In this document: positions 39,763 through 48,455 of the stretch, in pieces
Layout: every line of letters begins with the position of its first letter
How positions within the stretch are numbered: the first letter of the stretch is position 1
Assembly (NCBI GenBank): GCA_963699285.1
Contig: OY969429.1
Location: forward strand, 1,018,300 to 1,082,299
Length of the DNA: 64,000 nt
Source: Vulcanimicrobiota bacterium
GTDB taxonomy: Bacteria; Vulcanimicrobiota; Vulcanimicrobiia; Vulcanimicrobiales; Vulcanimicrobiaceae
Direction: 5' to 3'
Notes under the pieces: model-generated
What the model saw: only the letters and a program-made list of their open reading frames with translations
Told to the model about the DNA's origin: nothing
The model's database searches: none
Made by a program: the position numbers and the translations under genes

Positions 39763-40575
39763 TTGCCCGAGCTGCCCGAAGTCGAGACCATCGCTCGCGG
39801 TCTGGCCAACACCATCGTCGGAAAGACCGTCGCTTCGGTACGCGTGGGCCTGCCCAAGATGGCGCAGGCGCCGCCTGGCGTGAACTTCGCCCGGGCACTG
39901 CGCGGCGAACGTATCGCCGGGGTGACGCGGCGCGGGAAGTATGCGGTCATCGCACTGGGCTCCGGCCGCAGCCTGGTTACCAGCCTGCGGATGACGGGGC
40001 GTTTGGTGGTCCAGCGGCCCCGCGAGCGCGACTACGCGGGGACCCACATCAGCCTCCGCTTTGACGATGGCGCGCGCCTCAGTTTCGCCGACGTACGGAC
40101 CTTCGGGCGGATGCGCCTGGTCGAGCCCGGCGAGCCGTGGGACCGGGACCTCGGCGTCGAGCCCCTCTCCTCAGGCTTTACACAACAAGGCTTTGCGGCT
40201 ATGCTGTCGGGGCGGACGACGCCGGTCAAGGCATTTCTCCTGGACCAGCGGCGCATTGCCGGCATCGGCAACATCTATGCCTGCGAGGCGCTATGGGAGG
40301 CTCGGATACGTCCCAGCCGGCCCGCGAAGGCGTTGAACGAAGCAGCGATCGGCCGGTTGTACGTCGCAATCGTGGACGTTCTGGAGCGCGCGACTCAGAT
40401 GCGCGGGACGAGCGTTGACGATTACGTGGATGCCGCGGGCCTTGAGGGCGGATTTCAAAACGCGCTCTCGGTCTACGGAAGACTCGGCCTCCCCTGCGCG
40501 CGATGCGGCAAGCCGATCGTTCGGACCGTCCTCGCGCAACGCGGTACCTGGTGGTGCCGAACGTGCCAGCGGTAG
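39763..40575 (+). CDS. mutM: formamidopyrimidine-DNA glycosylase
   Basis: The TTG 39763 start gives the obligatory N-terminus (M)PELPEVET. H2TH motif and C-terminal zinc finger CARCGKPI..WWCRTCQ. Confidence 0.9.
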   Translation: MPELPEVETIARGLANTIVGKTVASVRVGLPKMAQAPPGVNFARALRGERIAGVTRRGKYAVIALGSGRSLVTSLRMTGRLVVQRPRERDYAGTHISLRFDDGARLSFADVRTFGRMRLVEPGEPWDRDLGVEPLSSGFTQQGFAAMLSGRTTPVKAFLLDQRRIAGIGNIYACEALWEARIRPSRPAKALNEAAIGRLYVAIVDVLERATQMRGTSVDDYVDAAGLEGGFQNALSVYGRLGLPCARCGKPIVRTVLAQRGTWWCRTCQR

Positions 40576-40616
40576 CGTTCGCAAAAAAATCAAATATGTA
40601 AGGTAGGAACCATAAC

Positions 40617-41850
40617 ATCTCTACGACAGAAATCGCCCCCGTCCAATTCGAAGAAGAGGACCAACTCGCGCTCGAGCAGCGCCTCTACGAGGAATCGCTC
40701 AAAGTTCTCGACGAGGGCCAAGTCCTCACGGGCATGATCGTCCAGAAAGACAAGGACGAACTGCTCGTCGACGTCGGCGGCAAGTCCGAAGGCGTGCTCC
40801 CCTTCCGCGAGCTCTCGCTTGCAATCGACCACAAACTGCTCAAGGTGGGCGACACCCTCGAGGTGATGGTGCACCGCATCGACGAGCTCGACGGAACGCT
40901 GTTCTTGTCGGAACGCCGCGCGCGCGCGCTCAAGACCTGGGAAAAAGTCATCGAAGCGCACGAGCACGACGAAGTCATCGAGGCGACCGTCACGCAGGTC
41001 GTCAAAGGCGGCGTTCTCGTCGACCTCGGTATGCGCGGCTTCGTTCCGGCCTCGCAAATTCGTCGCCAACCGGTCGGCAATCTCGACGAGTTGGTGGGGC
41101 AGCACCTGCGTCTGAAGGTCATCGACCTCGATCACAAGCGCCATCGCGTGGTGCTGTCCCAGCGCCTCGTGCTCGAGGAAGAGCTGCAAGCCAAGAAGCA
41201 AGAGTTGCTCGACACGCTGGAGATCGGCCAGATTCGCGAAGGCGTCGTCGTTCGGTTGGCGGACTTCGGTGCGTTCGTCGACCTCGGCGGCATCGATGGG
41301 CTCATTCACAACAGCGAGTCTGTCGTACGCGCGCATCAAGCATCCGTCCGAAGTAGCCAAGATCGGCGACGTCGTCCAGGTCGAGATCATGAAGTTCGAT
41401 CCGGAAGCCAAGAAGGTCAGCCTGTCCCTCAAGCACGCGCTGCCGGATCCGTGGGACGAGCACGTCGACAAACTGTTCGAAGCTAATAAGTTAAACGCGC
41501 AGATCGTCAAGATTACGCCCAACTACCTGCTCGTCGAAATCGTGCCGGGTATCTTGGCGATGGTTCCCAAGGGCGAGTTCGACGCCGCGGCTCAGTTTAC
41601 GCCCGGTCAGGCCGTCGAAGTAACGCTGCTTACGATCAACAACGCGACGCGCCGCATCACCGCGTCCATCCAGCACGTCGCCGACGTTGCGCCAGAGGAA
41701 ATCGAACGCTACGCCGAGCTCGAGCTGCCGGCCCCCGTGACGGCACCCGCTCCGGAGACGGGCGCGGACCAGCCGGCGCAAGCCGCACCCGAAGCCGCGC
41801 TCGCGGAAGAGCCGCCGGCGCCTCCGGCCGTGGAAGCCACGATCGAATAA
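40617..41850 (+). pseudogene. rpsA: 30S ribosomal protein S1, apparent 1-nt insertion at ~41319 and no canonical start codon for the conserved N-terminus
   Basis: S1 repeats in ORF 40734..41486 run up to ..GGIDGLIHNSE, then continue as LSYARIKHPSEVAKIGDVVQVEIMKFD.. in ORF 41269..41850. The upstream in-frame sequence back to TAA 40599 encodes an S1-like N-terminus (..FEEEDQLALEQRLYEESLKVLDEGQVLTG) with only ATC 40617 as a plausible start. The 5' coordinate is tentative. Confidence 0.75.
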
Positions 41851-41890
41851 GCGCGGGGATCCGTCTCGCACAGAGGGTCCTCGCTCCGCC

Positions 41891-41912
41891 GGAGTGGGGA
41901 CTCTTTCTTTTT
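41891..41912 (+). terminator. weak intrinsic terminator candidate after rpsA
   Basis: GGAGTggggACTCT followed by TTCTTTTT. The stem is short, so support is low. Confidence 0.25.
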
Positions 41913-41930
41913 CGCAAGAAGGGCGGCGCA

Positions 41931-42527
41931 ATGCGCGTAGGTTTAACCGGCGGCATCGGAAGCGGGAAAAGCGTCGCCGCCCAGGCGTTCGCCGACCTCG
42001 GCGCGCTCGTGATCGACACCGACTTGCTGGCCCGGGAAGCCGTCGCCCCAGGCGGCGACGCTTTCATGCAGATCGCGCGCGAGTGGCCCGCGGTGATCCG
42101 CGCCGGGACGCTGGATCGTGCGGCACTGGCGCGCATCGTATTCGACGACCCGGCCGCGCGGGCGCACCTTAACGCGATCGTGCATCCGCACGTGCGGCGG
42201 CTTGCGGTCGAGCACGAATCCCGTGCCGTCCCCGGCCAACTGATCGTCCACGTCGTACCGCTCTTGTTCGAAACGGGGTATGCCGACCTCGTCGACAAGA
42301 CCGTCGTCGTCATCGCACCGGATCGCGAGCGCCTCGCGCGCGTGATGACTCGCGACCGCATCGACGAAGCCGCCGTGCGCGCGCGCATGGCGGCTCAGAT
42401 TTCGCCCGGAGAGGCGCGCCGCCGAGCCGACTACGCGATCGAGAACGACGGGGATTTGGCACATCTGCGCGCGGCCGTGAAGGGCGTTTATGAAAATTTG
42501 ATGATGGAGCGTTCGCCGGGCGTTTAG
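41931..42527 (+). CDS. coaE: dephospho-CoA kinase
   Basis: 198 aa. P-loop MRVGLTGGIGSGKS and typical CoaE length and pattern. Confidence 0.9.
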   Translation: MRVGLTGGIGSGKSVAAQAFADLGALVIDTDLLAREAVAPGGDAFMQIAREWPAVIRAGTLDRAALARIVFDDPAARAHLNAIVHPHVRRLAVEHESRAVPGQLIVHVVPLLFETGYADLVDKTVVVIAPDRERLARVMTRDRIDEAAVRARMAAQISPGEARRRADYAIENDGDLAHLRAAVKGVYENLMMERSPGV

Positions 42528-42622
42528 CCCGCCGCCGAACGGGTACCTTGCTCTCATGCCCCTCTAAGAAGTGTGCACTAGACTGAGGCGACATTCCACT
42601 CTTCCCCAGTTTCGGAGATTCG

Positions 42623-42937
42623 ATGACAGACAAGAATACGAACGACAAAGGCGAGCGTCGCGAGATGTCGGTGCGAGAAGCAGGGAAAAAAGGTGGCGAT
42701 GCCGTCCGCGAGCGCTACGGTTCCGAGTTTTTTGAGAAGATCGGCCGAAAGGGCGGCACCGCGACGCGCGATCGTCACGGCGTCGAATTTTACGAAACGA
42801 TCGGGCAAAAGGGCGGTCGTGTCGTCAAGGAAAAATATGGCGCCGACTTCTACGAAGAGATCGGCCACAAGGGCGGCCAAAAAGTCAAGAGCCTGATCGC
42901 GGAAGCGACCAAGAGCCGCGAAGAGAAGCAGTCCTAA
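42623..42937 (+). CDS. KGG-repeat general stress protein (GsiB/YciG-like)
   Basis: 104 aa with four ~22-aa repeats, each containing [GR][KQH]KGG..YG.EF[FY]E.IG. GGAGA sits 5 nt upstream of ATG. Confidence 0.8.
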   Translation: MTDKNTNDKGERREMSVREAGKKGGDAVRERYGSEFFEKIGRKGGTATRDRHGVEFYETIGQKGGRVVKEKYGADFYEEIGHKGGQKVKSLIAEATKSREEKQS

Positions 42938-42944
42938 ACGCACG

Positions 42945-42971
42945 ATAGGATCCCGCAGGACGGGATCCTAT
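42945..42971. terminator. bidirectional hairpin between convergent genes
   Basis: Perfect 11-bp inverted repeat ATAGGATCCCG-cagga-CGGGATCCTAT, followed by TTT on the plus strand. It overlaps the TAG stop of the minus-strand gene. Confidence 0.6.
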
Positions 42972-43534
42972 TTCATGTGCTTGACTTCGATCTTTCCGCC
43001 GATCTTGCCGAGATGGATCTCGTCCGTGTTGAAGTCCACGACGATCTTGTCGATTCGTAACGTTCCACCGGCGGTGTGAATGTAGCTCGGATGGCTGAGC
43101 GTCAGCAGCTTGGTGGCGTTCGTCCAGGTCACGAGATCGGTGTCGAACGAGCGGCGGCCGGGGTCGTCGATTCGCTCGACGTGCACTTTGCCGATGGCCG
43201 TGAAGTCGAGCGAATCCGTATTCACGCTGATGTGCTCCGCGGAAATGGATAGGTAAGGCTTTCCGGCGCGAAACACGACGCCGTTCTTGACGTCTTCGAT
43301 ATCGCCCGTAGAACCGTCGGCCGAAAGCTCCGCGCGCCCGTAGTCGAACGACCAAGAGCGCGTCGTGATGCGATGCCCCAGGACGCGGCCGCCGTGAAGA
43401 TCGACCGGCACCACCGATGGAGGAACCGGCGGCAGCCCGCGGCCGGCCAGGATGATGCCGATCGTGAGATAGATCCCGAGAGCGACCGCCAGAAGGATGA
43501 CGATCCGTCTCCAGGTGCGCTTAGAGATCTTCAC
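42968..43534 (-). CDS. LptC/OstA-like periplasmic beta-jellyroll protein (membrane-anchored)
   Basis: GTG 43534 inside ORF 42968..43645. TM segment WRRIVILLAVALGIYLTIGIILA, then a repetitive beta-strand pattern resembling LptC/LptA. The family call is tentative. Confidence 0.4.
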   Translation of the reverse strand: MKISKRTWRRIVILLAVALGIYLTIGIILAGRGLPPVPPSVVPVDLHGGRVLGHRITTRSWSFDYGRAELSADGSTGDIEDVKNGVVFRAGKPYLSISAEHISVNTDSLDFTAIGKVHVERIDDPGRRSFDTDLVTWTNATKLLTLSHPSYIHTAGGTLRIDKIVVDFNTDEIHLGKIGGKIEVKHMK

Positions 43535-45005
43535 GCCGGCGCCCAAAAAACAAGCAGATCGCATAGATCGCTGCCAATACCGTCGCGACGAACGTCGGAC
43601 CCAAGGTTGCGAACGGCGTGCGGACCGGCGGTCCGACGTTCGCAACGGCGACGGCTTGCCGGTCCAATCCGATTCGCGTGCTCCACGACCCGTCGGGCGC
43701 GATGATTCCGCTTATTCCGGTCGCGGCGGCCCGCACCACGTAGGTTCCGTACTCGATCGCGCGCAGCCGCGCGATTTCGGCATGTTGATAAGGTCCCGCG
43801 CTGGTTCCGAACCATCCGTCGTCGGTGCTCACGACGAAGAGTTGGGCGCCGCGCCGGACTTGCTGGAACGCGAGGTCGCTGAACGCGGATTCCCAACAAA
43901 TGAGCGGCGCGACGCGCAGCGCCGTGGTCGTGTAGACCCCGTCCACGTCGCCGCTCGCGAAGCCGCCTCCGAGCGTGCCGACGTACGGGAGCCACCACAA
44001 AAACGTGCGTCCCGGAAACGATTCGGCGAACGGAACGAGCTGGCGCTTCCGGTAGATCGTCACGCCGCCGTCGGGAGCGAAAAAATAGAGTGCGTTGTAA
44101 AGAGCCCCGTTTTGCGAGTAGAGGCTGCCCGCGATGACGGTGCTGCGAGCGTCGCGCGCCGACGCAGAGATTCGCATCGCGAGAGCCGGGTCGCGCGAAA
44201 GATCCGTCGTGATGACGGTTTCCGGCCACACGATGAGATCCGGACGACCGGCTGCGGCTTCGTGCGTCATGGCGATGTAACGCTCGACCGCGAGCGCGAA
44301 CGCCGCCGGGGACCATTTGAGGGATTGCGCGACGTTGCCTTGGATCGCCGCGACGGGAATCGTGGCGGGCGCGAGCGTTTTCGCAGGCCACCAAGCCCAA
44401 CACGCGATCCACGCGGCGGCCAGCGCGCCGACGGTTACGGCCAAGGGCGCGACGCGCCGGCGCCGCACCGCGTCGGCGAGATACGCGCCGGTCAAGCAGA
44501 TGACGAACGTGATGCCGTAGGTTCCGCCGTAGGCCGCGAAAATGCGCAGCGGCGTGTCGGCTTGCGTGTAACCGAGCTGCGCCAACGGCGCACCGATTAG
44601 CCCGACCGATCGAAACCATTCGCAAAACGCAAAGGCCGCCGCTGCCGCCAGCGGCGCGACCGCGGGTTTCAGGTTGCGATAAGCAAGCGACACGAGAACC
44701 CCCGCCAGGGCCCAGGCGGTGGCCTCGATCGCCGCCCCGGCCAGCACCGCGAGATAGGCCAAAACGCCGACGTAGTGGACGATCGTGGAGGACCACCATG
44801 CGAACGTAATCGCGAAAAAAATCTCGCCCGCGAACCAACCGAGCAGAACGGAGCGTTTCAAGGATGAGCCTTGCCACGCCCAGAACAGCGCGGCTGCTCC
44901 CAGCGGCGCGAGCCAGACGGCTCCGACCTTGGGGAATGTTGCTGCCAACGCCAAAGCGCCGATCGCAGATACCGTAAAGGCCTGGAGACGCGTGGTGGAA
45001 TTCAA
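43521..45005 (-). CDS. lnt: apolipoprotein N-acyltransferase
   Basis: TTG 45005 is preceded by AAGAGGA. Multi-TM N-terminal half and C-terminal CN-hydrolase domain (..LIVWPET.., YRKRQLVPFAE, PLICWESAF). Confidence 0.8.
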   Translation of the reverse strand: MNSTTRLQAFTVSAIGALALAATFPKVGAVWLAPLGAAALFWAWQGSSLKRSVLLGWFAGEIFFAITFAWWSSTIVHYVGVLAYLAVLAGAAIEATAWALAGVLVSLAYRNLKPAVAPLAAAAAFAFCEWFRSVGLIGAPLAQLGYTQADTPLRIFAAYGGTYGITFVICLTGAYLADAVRRRRVAPLAVTVGALAAAWIACWAWWPAKTLAPATIPVAAIQGNVAQSLKWSPAAFALAVERYIAMTHEAAAGRPDLIVWPETVITTDLSRDPALAMRISASARDARSTVIAGSLYSQNGALYNALYFFAPDGGVTIYRKRQLVPFAESFPGRTFLWWLPYVGTLGGGFASGDVDGVYTTTALRVAPLICWESAFSDLAFQQVRRGAQLFVVSTDDGWFGTSAGPYQHAEIARLRAIEYGTYVVRAAATGISGIIAPDGSWSTRIGLDRQAVAVANVGPPVRTPFATLGPTFVATVLAAIYAICLFFGRRREDL

Positions 45006-45017
45006 CGGGAGTCCTCT

Positions 45018-45803
45018 TTGATCCGCAGACTTAGTCTCTTCGTGTTCGTGACCGCGCTGGTCGTGTCCGCATGCGGCCGCCAAGTCACGCCCAACCGGCC
45101 CGGTTTCGGGGGCGGCTCGCCGGGATACATGACGGTCAAGTTCAACGTGCAGAGCCCGTTCAACTTTGCGTCCTATCGCTACGTGTTCGTCTTCAACACG
45201 TCGGGCAGCGGGGTTACGCCTTACGGCAACGTCTTGCAAACCAATTATCAAGGATACAGCTTCGCGTTGATCGCGGGCTCGAACGGCGGCAATACGGCGG
45301 GCATTCAGGCGGTGCAATATATCCGCCAGGCCGGAACCAACGTTCCGATTCTGGCGAACCTCAACCCCTCACCCGTGCAGTTACAGTTTAACCCGAATAG
45401 CAACGGGCTGGGTACGCAGCTCTCGGTCACGTTCGCGCGTGCGCTCTTTTACGGATACGTGACGCCGAGCCCCGGCCCGGGCGGATCCTCGACGCCGTCC
45501 CCCACTCCGTCGCCGACGTCCACGCCCACGGGTGGCCCGTCGCCGACCGCCAGTCCGTCGGCGGCTCCCTACCCGACCACGCAGGCTCAAGTGAACTGGA
45601 CGTTCAACGCCTTCGTCACGCAGCCCGGCGCTCCAAATGCGCTCGACTCGATGGGCAGCGGCGGCGGAACGGACACGACCTTTCAATCGCCGCAACTAGT
45701 GACCGACCAATCGTTCGACAACGTCGTCACCGCATCGATCGGCGTCGTCCCGTCGGATCCGGCCGCCGAAATCACCGGCGTCGAATTCATCAACAACCCG
45801 TAA
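45018..45803 (+). CDS. hypothetical lipoprotein with Pro/Thr/Ser-rich linker
   Basis: TTG 45018 is preceded by GGGAG. Lipobox ALVVSAC. Central linker SPGPGGSSTPSPTPSPTSTPTGGPSPTASPS. Confidence 0.6.
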   Translation: MIRRLSLFVFVTALVVSACGRQVTPNRPGFGGGSPGYMTVKFNVQSPFNFASYRYVFVFNTSGSGVTPYGNVLQTNYQGYSFALIAGSNGGNTAGIQAVQYIRQAGTNVPILANLNPSPVQLQFNPNSNGLGTQLSVTFARALFYGYVTPSPGPGGSSTPSPTPSPTSTPTGGPSPTASPSAAPYPTTQAQVNWTFNAFVTQPGAPNALDSMGSGGGTDTTFQSPQLVTDQSFDNVVTASIGVVPSDPAAEITGVEFINNP

Positions 45804-45918
45804 GAACGGGGCGGCACGGCCCCCCGTTGGCCCCCTTTAAAAACGGGGCGGCACGGCCCCCCGTTCACCCCCCGAGCCGCGACTCCGCGGCTCAAGGGGG
45901 CAAAGCCCCCTTAATCCC
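45804..45918. repeat. triple-hairpin intergenic element, copy B (truncated copy plus full copy)
   Basis: 45805-45840 holds hairpin 1 plus the 3' arm of hairpin 3. 45838-45918 is a full copy of the 8020-8100 element. The hairpin 2 stem carries a compensatory C:G to G:C swap. Confidence 0.8.
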
Positions 45919-45949
45919 GCAATCGTTAGTGTCGCGGTGCATCTGCCCG

Positions 45950-48451
45950 TCAAAAATTAAAGCTTTGGGGGACGATTGAGCCGCCTTGGCCTAGGGCGAA
46001 GGATGCGGTCTGCGATGGAAGCGCCAGCAGGTTGATCGAGAAGGTTACGAGTTGCTGCGACTGATTGTAGAGCGCCTGTAGCTGGTAACATTCGCCGATC
46101 GTCTTGGTGTAGTAGATCACTTTGTTCTGCAGTTGAAAGTGGGCTTTCCAGTTGACGTCGGTGGCCATCTGGAGCTGCGTTTCGTATCCGAACGGCGTTG
46201 CGAATTGCACGTTGGTTGAGTAGAAACCGGCACCCGGTCCGGGAACGAACGCACCGCTAAGCAAGACGACGGATCTTCGCGACGGACGCAGGGAAAGCTG
46301 GTAGCTCACGGGCTGCGCGAGCGCGTCGAAGTTCGTCGCGAAGCCGAGCGCGAGCGCATAGGTGTCGCCGTTGAAGAGCCGCACCAGATCTTGCGCGTTC
46401 TTGACGTTCTGCGTCGGCTGTTGGTCCATGAACTGAAACGGTACGAACGGTGGCCCGTTATAGTTGGCTTCGTTGTACGTAATCGCGTTGACGAAGTGGT
46501 CGCTGATCGGCGTCGTCAAACTCCAAACTTGCTGGATCGACGCCTTTAAGTCGCCCGTCCCGTACGCATATTGCTGCACGTTTGCCGAAGCTTGCAGGTC
46601 GCTGCCGAATACTTTCGCAAGCACGGGGCCGAGTACGAACGCCAGGTCGGCGCGCGACGTCGTAAGCCTGTTGCTCGGCTCGTTGTATTGTCCGATCGTG
46701 AATTGCGCGGACAGCGGAAAGATGAAGTGCTGAAAAAAATCGTATGGGCGAATTTGGAGTTCGGGAACGGTGTTGTCTCCGAACGGCGTCTGCGTGTACG
46801 TCTTATTGTAGACGAGCTGATAATCGGCGCCTTTGGTGGTGAAATGCGTCAGCGAGTTGATGTTCGACGAAATCGTCGATTCGTTGAAGCCGCCGAAGCT
46901 GGATTGGTTGCTCGAGAAGCTGAAGTTGAGCGCTTCGCTAAGAGCTTGATTAAACTGCTGCGTGTCGGAGAACGCAAAGGTCGTGGCACTGGACTGCGTG
47001 CCGACCGAGCTGTGCGAGAACGTGTAATTTTGCGACGATTTCTGCGTCTGATGAATGACCGTCGCGTTTAGGCTTTCGTTGGGAGGCACGTTGGTCAACG
47101 ATCCGTAGTTGGACTGGTACGTGAACCCGAAATTCGACCGGAGGGTTTGCGAAAAATTTTCCTGTTCCGTTGCGGCAAAGTTGTAGGTCGTGGTGCTGGT
47201 CCGGCGGTCGCGAATGCCGTAAAAGTTCAGCGAAGCCGAACGTCGTCCGTTCTTCTTCGAATAGAAGCCGACGTACCCCAAGCCGAGGCCGACCTTCGTA
47301 AAATAGTTGACGATGTAGTAGCCGTAATAATATTGATCCTTGCCGAAGTTGATGTTCGTTTTTACCCAAAAGCCTTCGTACTGGTCGTAGCCTACGTCCG
47401 GGAAATAACTGGTCTTCGGGCGTTCGGCGGAAACGGTGCGTAGCGGAATGACGACTTTGGGCAAGTAGAAAACGGCGGCCGCGCCCAGCCACAGGATGGC
47501 TTTGTAGATAACGATCTTGTCGCCGGGGATAACGTCCATTTTCTTGCCGGTAATGTGGTATCCGGCCCGGGCGTTTTCGCAGGTCGTCAGATACGGGTCG
47601 ATGCCGTGAGCGGTGCCGTCCGGATCGGTGTGCATGTCTGCCGATTTGTAGTGGATTAGGCCCTTCTCGATGCCTTGCGAGCTTACGCCCTTCGCGTTGA
47701 CCATCTTGGCCGTCTGATCGATCACGTCGAACGTGATCGTATCGGCGGTGAGAACCGAATCTTGTGCGTGGTCTACGATGAACGGATGCCCCGTTACGGT
47801 GACCGTACGGATGCCGTCGTAATGTGCCCGGTCGCCGACGATTTCTTCTTGCTGGTAGAAGATGTGCACGTTTCCGATCGCGTCGCCCGGCTTGCCGTCG
47901 TTGGTGTTGCCTTGGACGGTGTCGGAAATGATGGCGACGTAATTCGGCGCGAGCGTCGCGACGCCGATCGGCTGCGGCGTCGGAGACGGCGGCAACGCTC
48001 CGGCGGGCGTGATCGGCGGCGGCGTGCTGCCGCCGCGAACCAGAAAGACGGGTGCGTTGGCTTGCTCGGGATTGGGCGTCGGCGTGGGCACCGGAGGCGG
48101 CGTACTCGACGGGCTTCCTTGCGGCCTCGGCGTCGCGACGAGCGTTTTTGCAAAGCCGGGCGGCGGAGGAAAAGTCGGCGTAGCGTACGGTCCGGGCGTC
48201 GTGGAAGCCGACGGGCTGGGCGCCGGCGTCGGCTCTTCGAATTGCGCGACGAGCGCCGGCGCGCTCTGCGAGCGCGCCGGCTGCGAACGCGCTGCCCGCG
48301 AACCGCAAGTATTATCGTTGAGGAGCGCGAGCGCTTGCTCTCCGTCGTCGCTCGAAGCTGCCGCTACCTGCGCCGCTACGATGCCGCAAACGAACGCAAG
48401 GAGGGTCCCAATCGCGACGGAGCCGCGACGCCAATTCCAACCCAACAACAC
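45950..48451 (-). CDS. LptD/OstA-like outer-membrane protein with long Pro-rich N-terminal region
   Basis: 833 aa. Signal/anchor, ~150 aa Pro/Thr/Ser-rich, OstA-like segment (..VGDRAHYDG..VTVTGHPFIV..LTADTITFD..), then ~550 aa of aromatic-rich alternating beta-barrel-like sequence ending ..QSFNF. It follows lptF/G. Confidence 0.55.
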   Translation of the reverse strand: MLLGWNWRRGSVAIGTLLAFVCGIVAAQVAAASSDDGEQALALLNDNTCGSRAARSQPARSQSAPALVAQFEEPTPAPSPSASTTPGPYATPTFPPPPGFAKTLVATPRPQGSPSSTPPPVPTPTPNPEQANAPVFLVRGGSTPPPITPAGALPPSPTPQPIGVATLAPNYVAIISDTVQGNTNDGKPGDAIGNVHIFYQQEEIVGDRAHYDGIRTVTVTGHPFIVDHAQDSVLTADTITFDVIDQTAKMVNAKGVSSQGIEKGLIHYKSADMHTDPDGTAHGIDPYLTTCENARAGYHITGKKMDVIPGDKIVIYKAILWLGAAAVFYLPKVVIPLRTVSAERPKTSYFPDVGYDQYEGFWVKTNINFGKDQYYYGYYIVNYFTKVGLGLGYVGFYSKKNGRRSASLNFYGIRDRRTSTTTYNFAATEQENFSQTLRSNFGFTYQSNYGSLTNVPPNESLNATVIHQTQKSSQNYTFSHSSVGTQSSATTFAFSDTQQFNQALSEALNFSFSSNQSSFGGFNESTISSNINSLTHFTTKGADYQLVYNKTYTQTPFGDNTVPELQIRPYDFFQHFIFPLSAQFTIGQYNEPSNRLTTSRADLAFVLGPVLAKVFGSDLQASANVQQYAYGTGDLKASIQQVWSLTTPISDHFVNAITYNEANYNGPPFVPFQFMDQQPTQNVKNAQDLVRLFNGDTYALALGFATNFDALAQPVSYQLSLRPSRRSVVLLSGAFVPGPGAGFYSTNVQFATPFGYETQLQMATDVNWKAHFQLQNKVIYYTKTIGECYQLQALYNQSQQLVTFSINLLALPSQTASFALGQGGSIVPQSFNF

Positions 48452-48455
48452 GAGG

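Noticed and set aside
47990-48260. Repetitive CCG/GGC-rich DNA (also 45470-45560) as microsatellite or contingency repeats.
   Set aside because: These stretches encode Pro/Thr/Ser-rich linkers in the LptD-like protein and the lipoprotein. They are imperfect, with no exact tandem unit.
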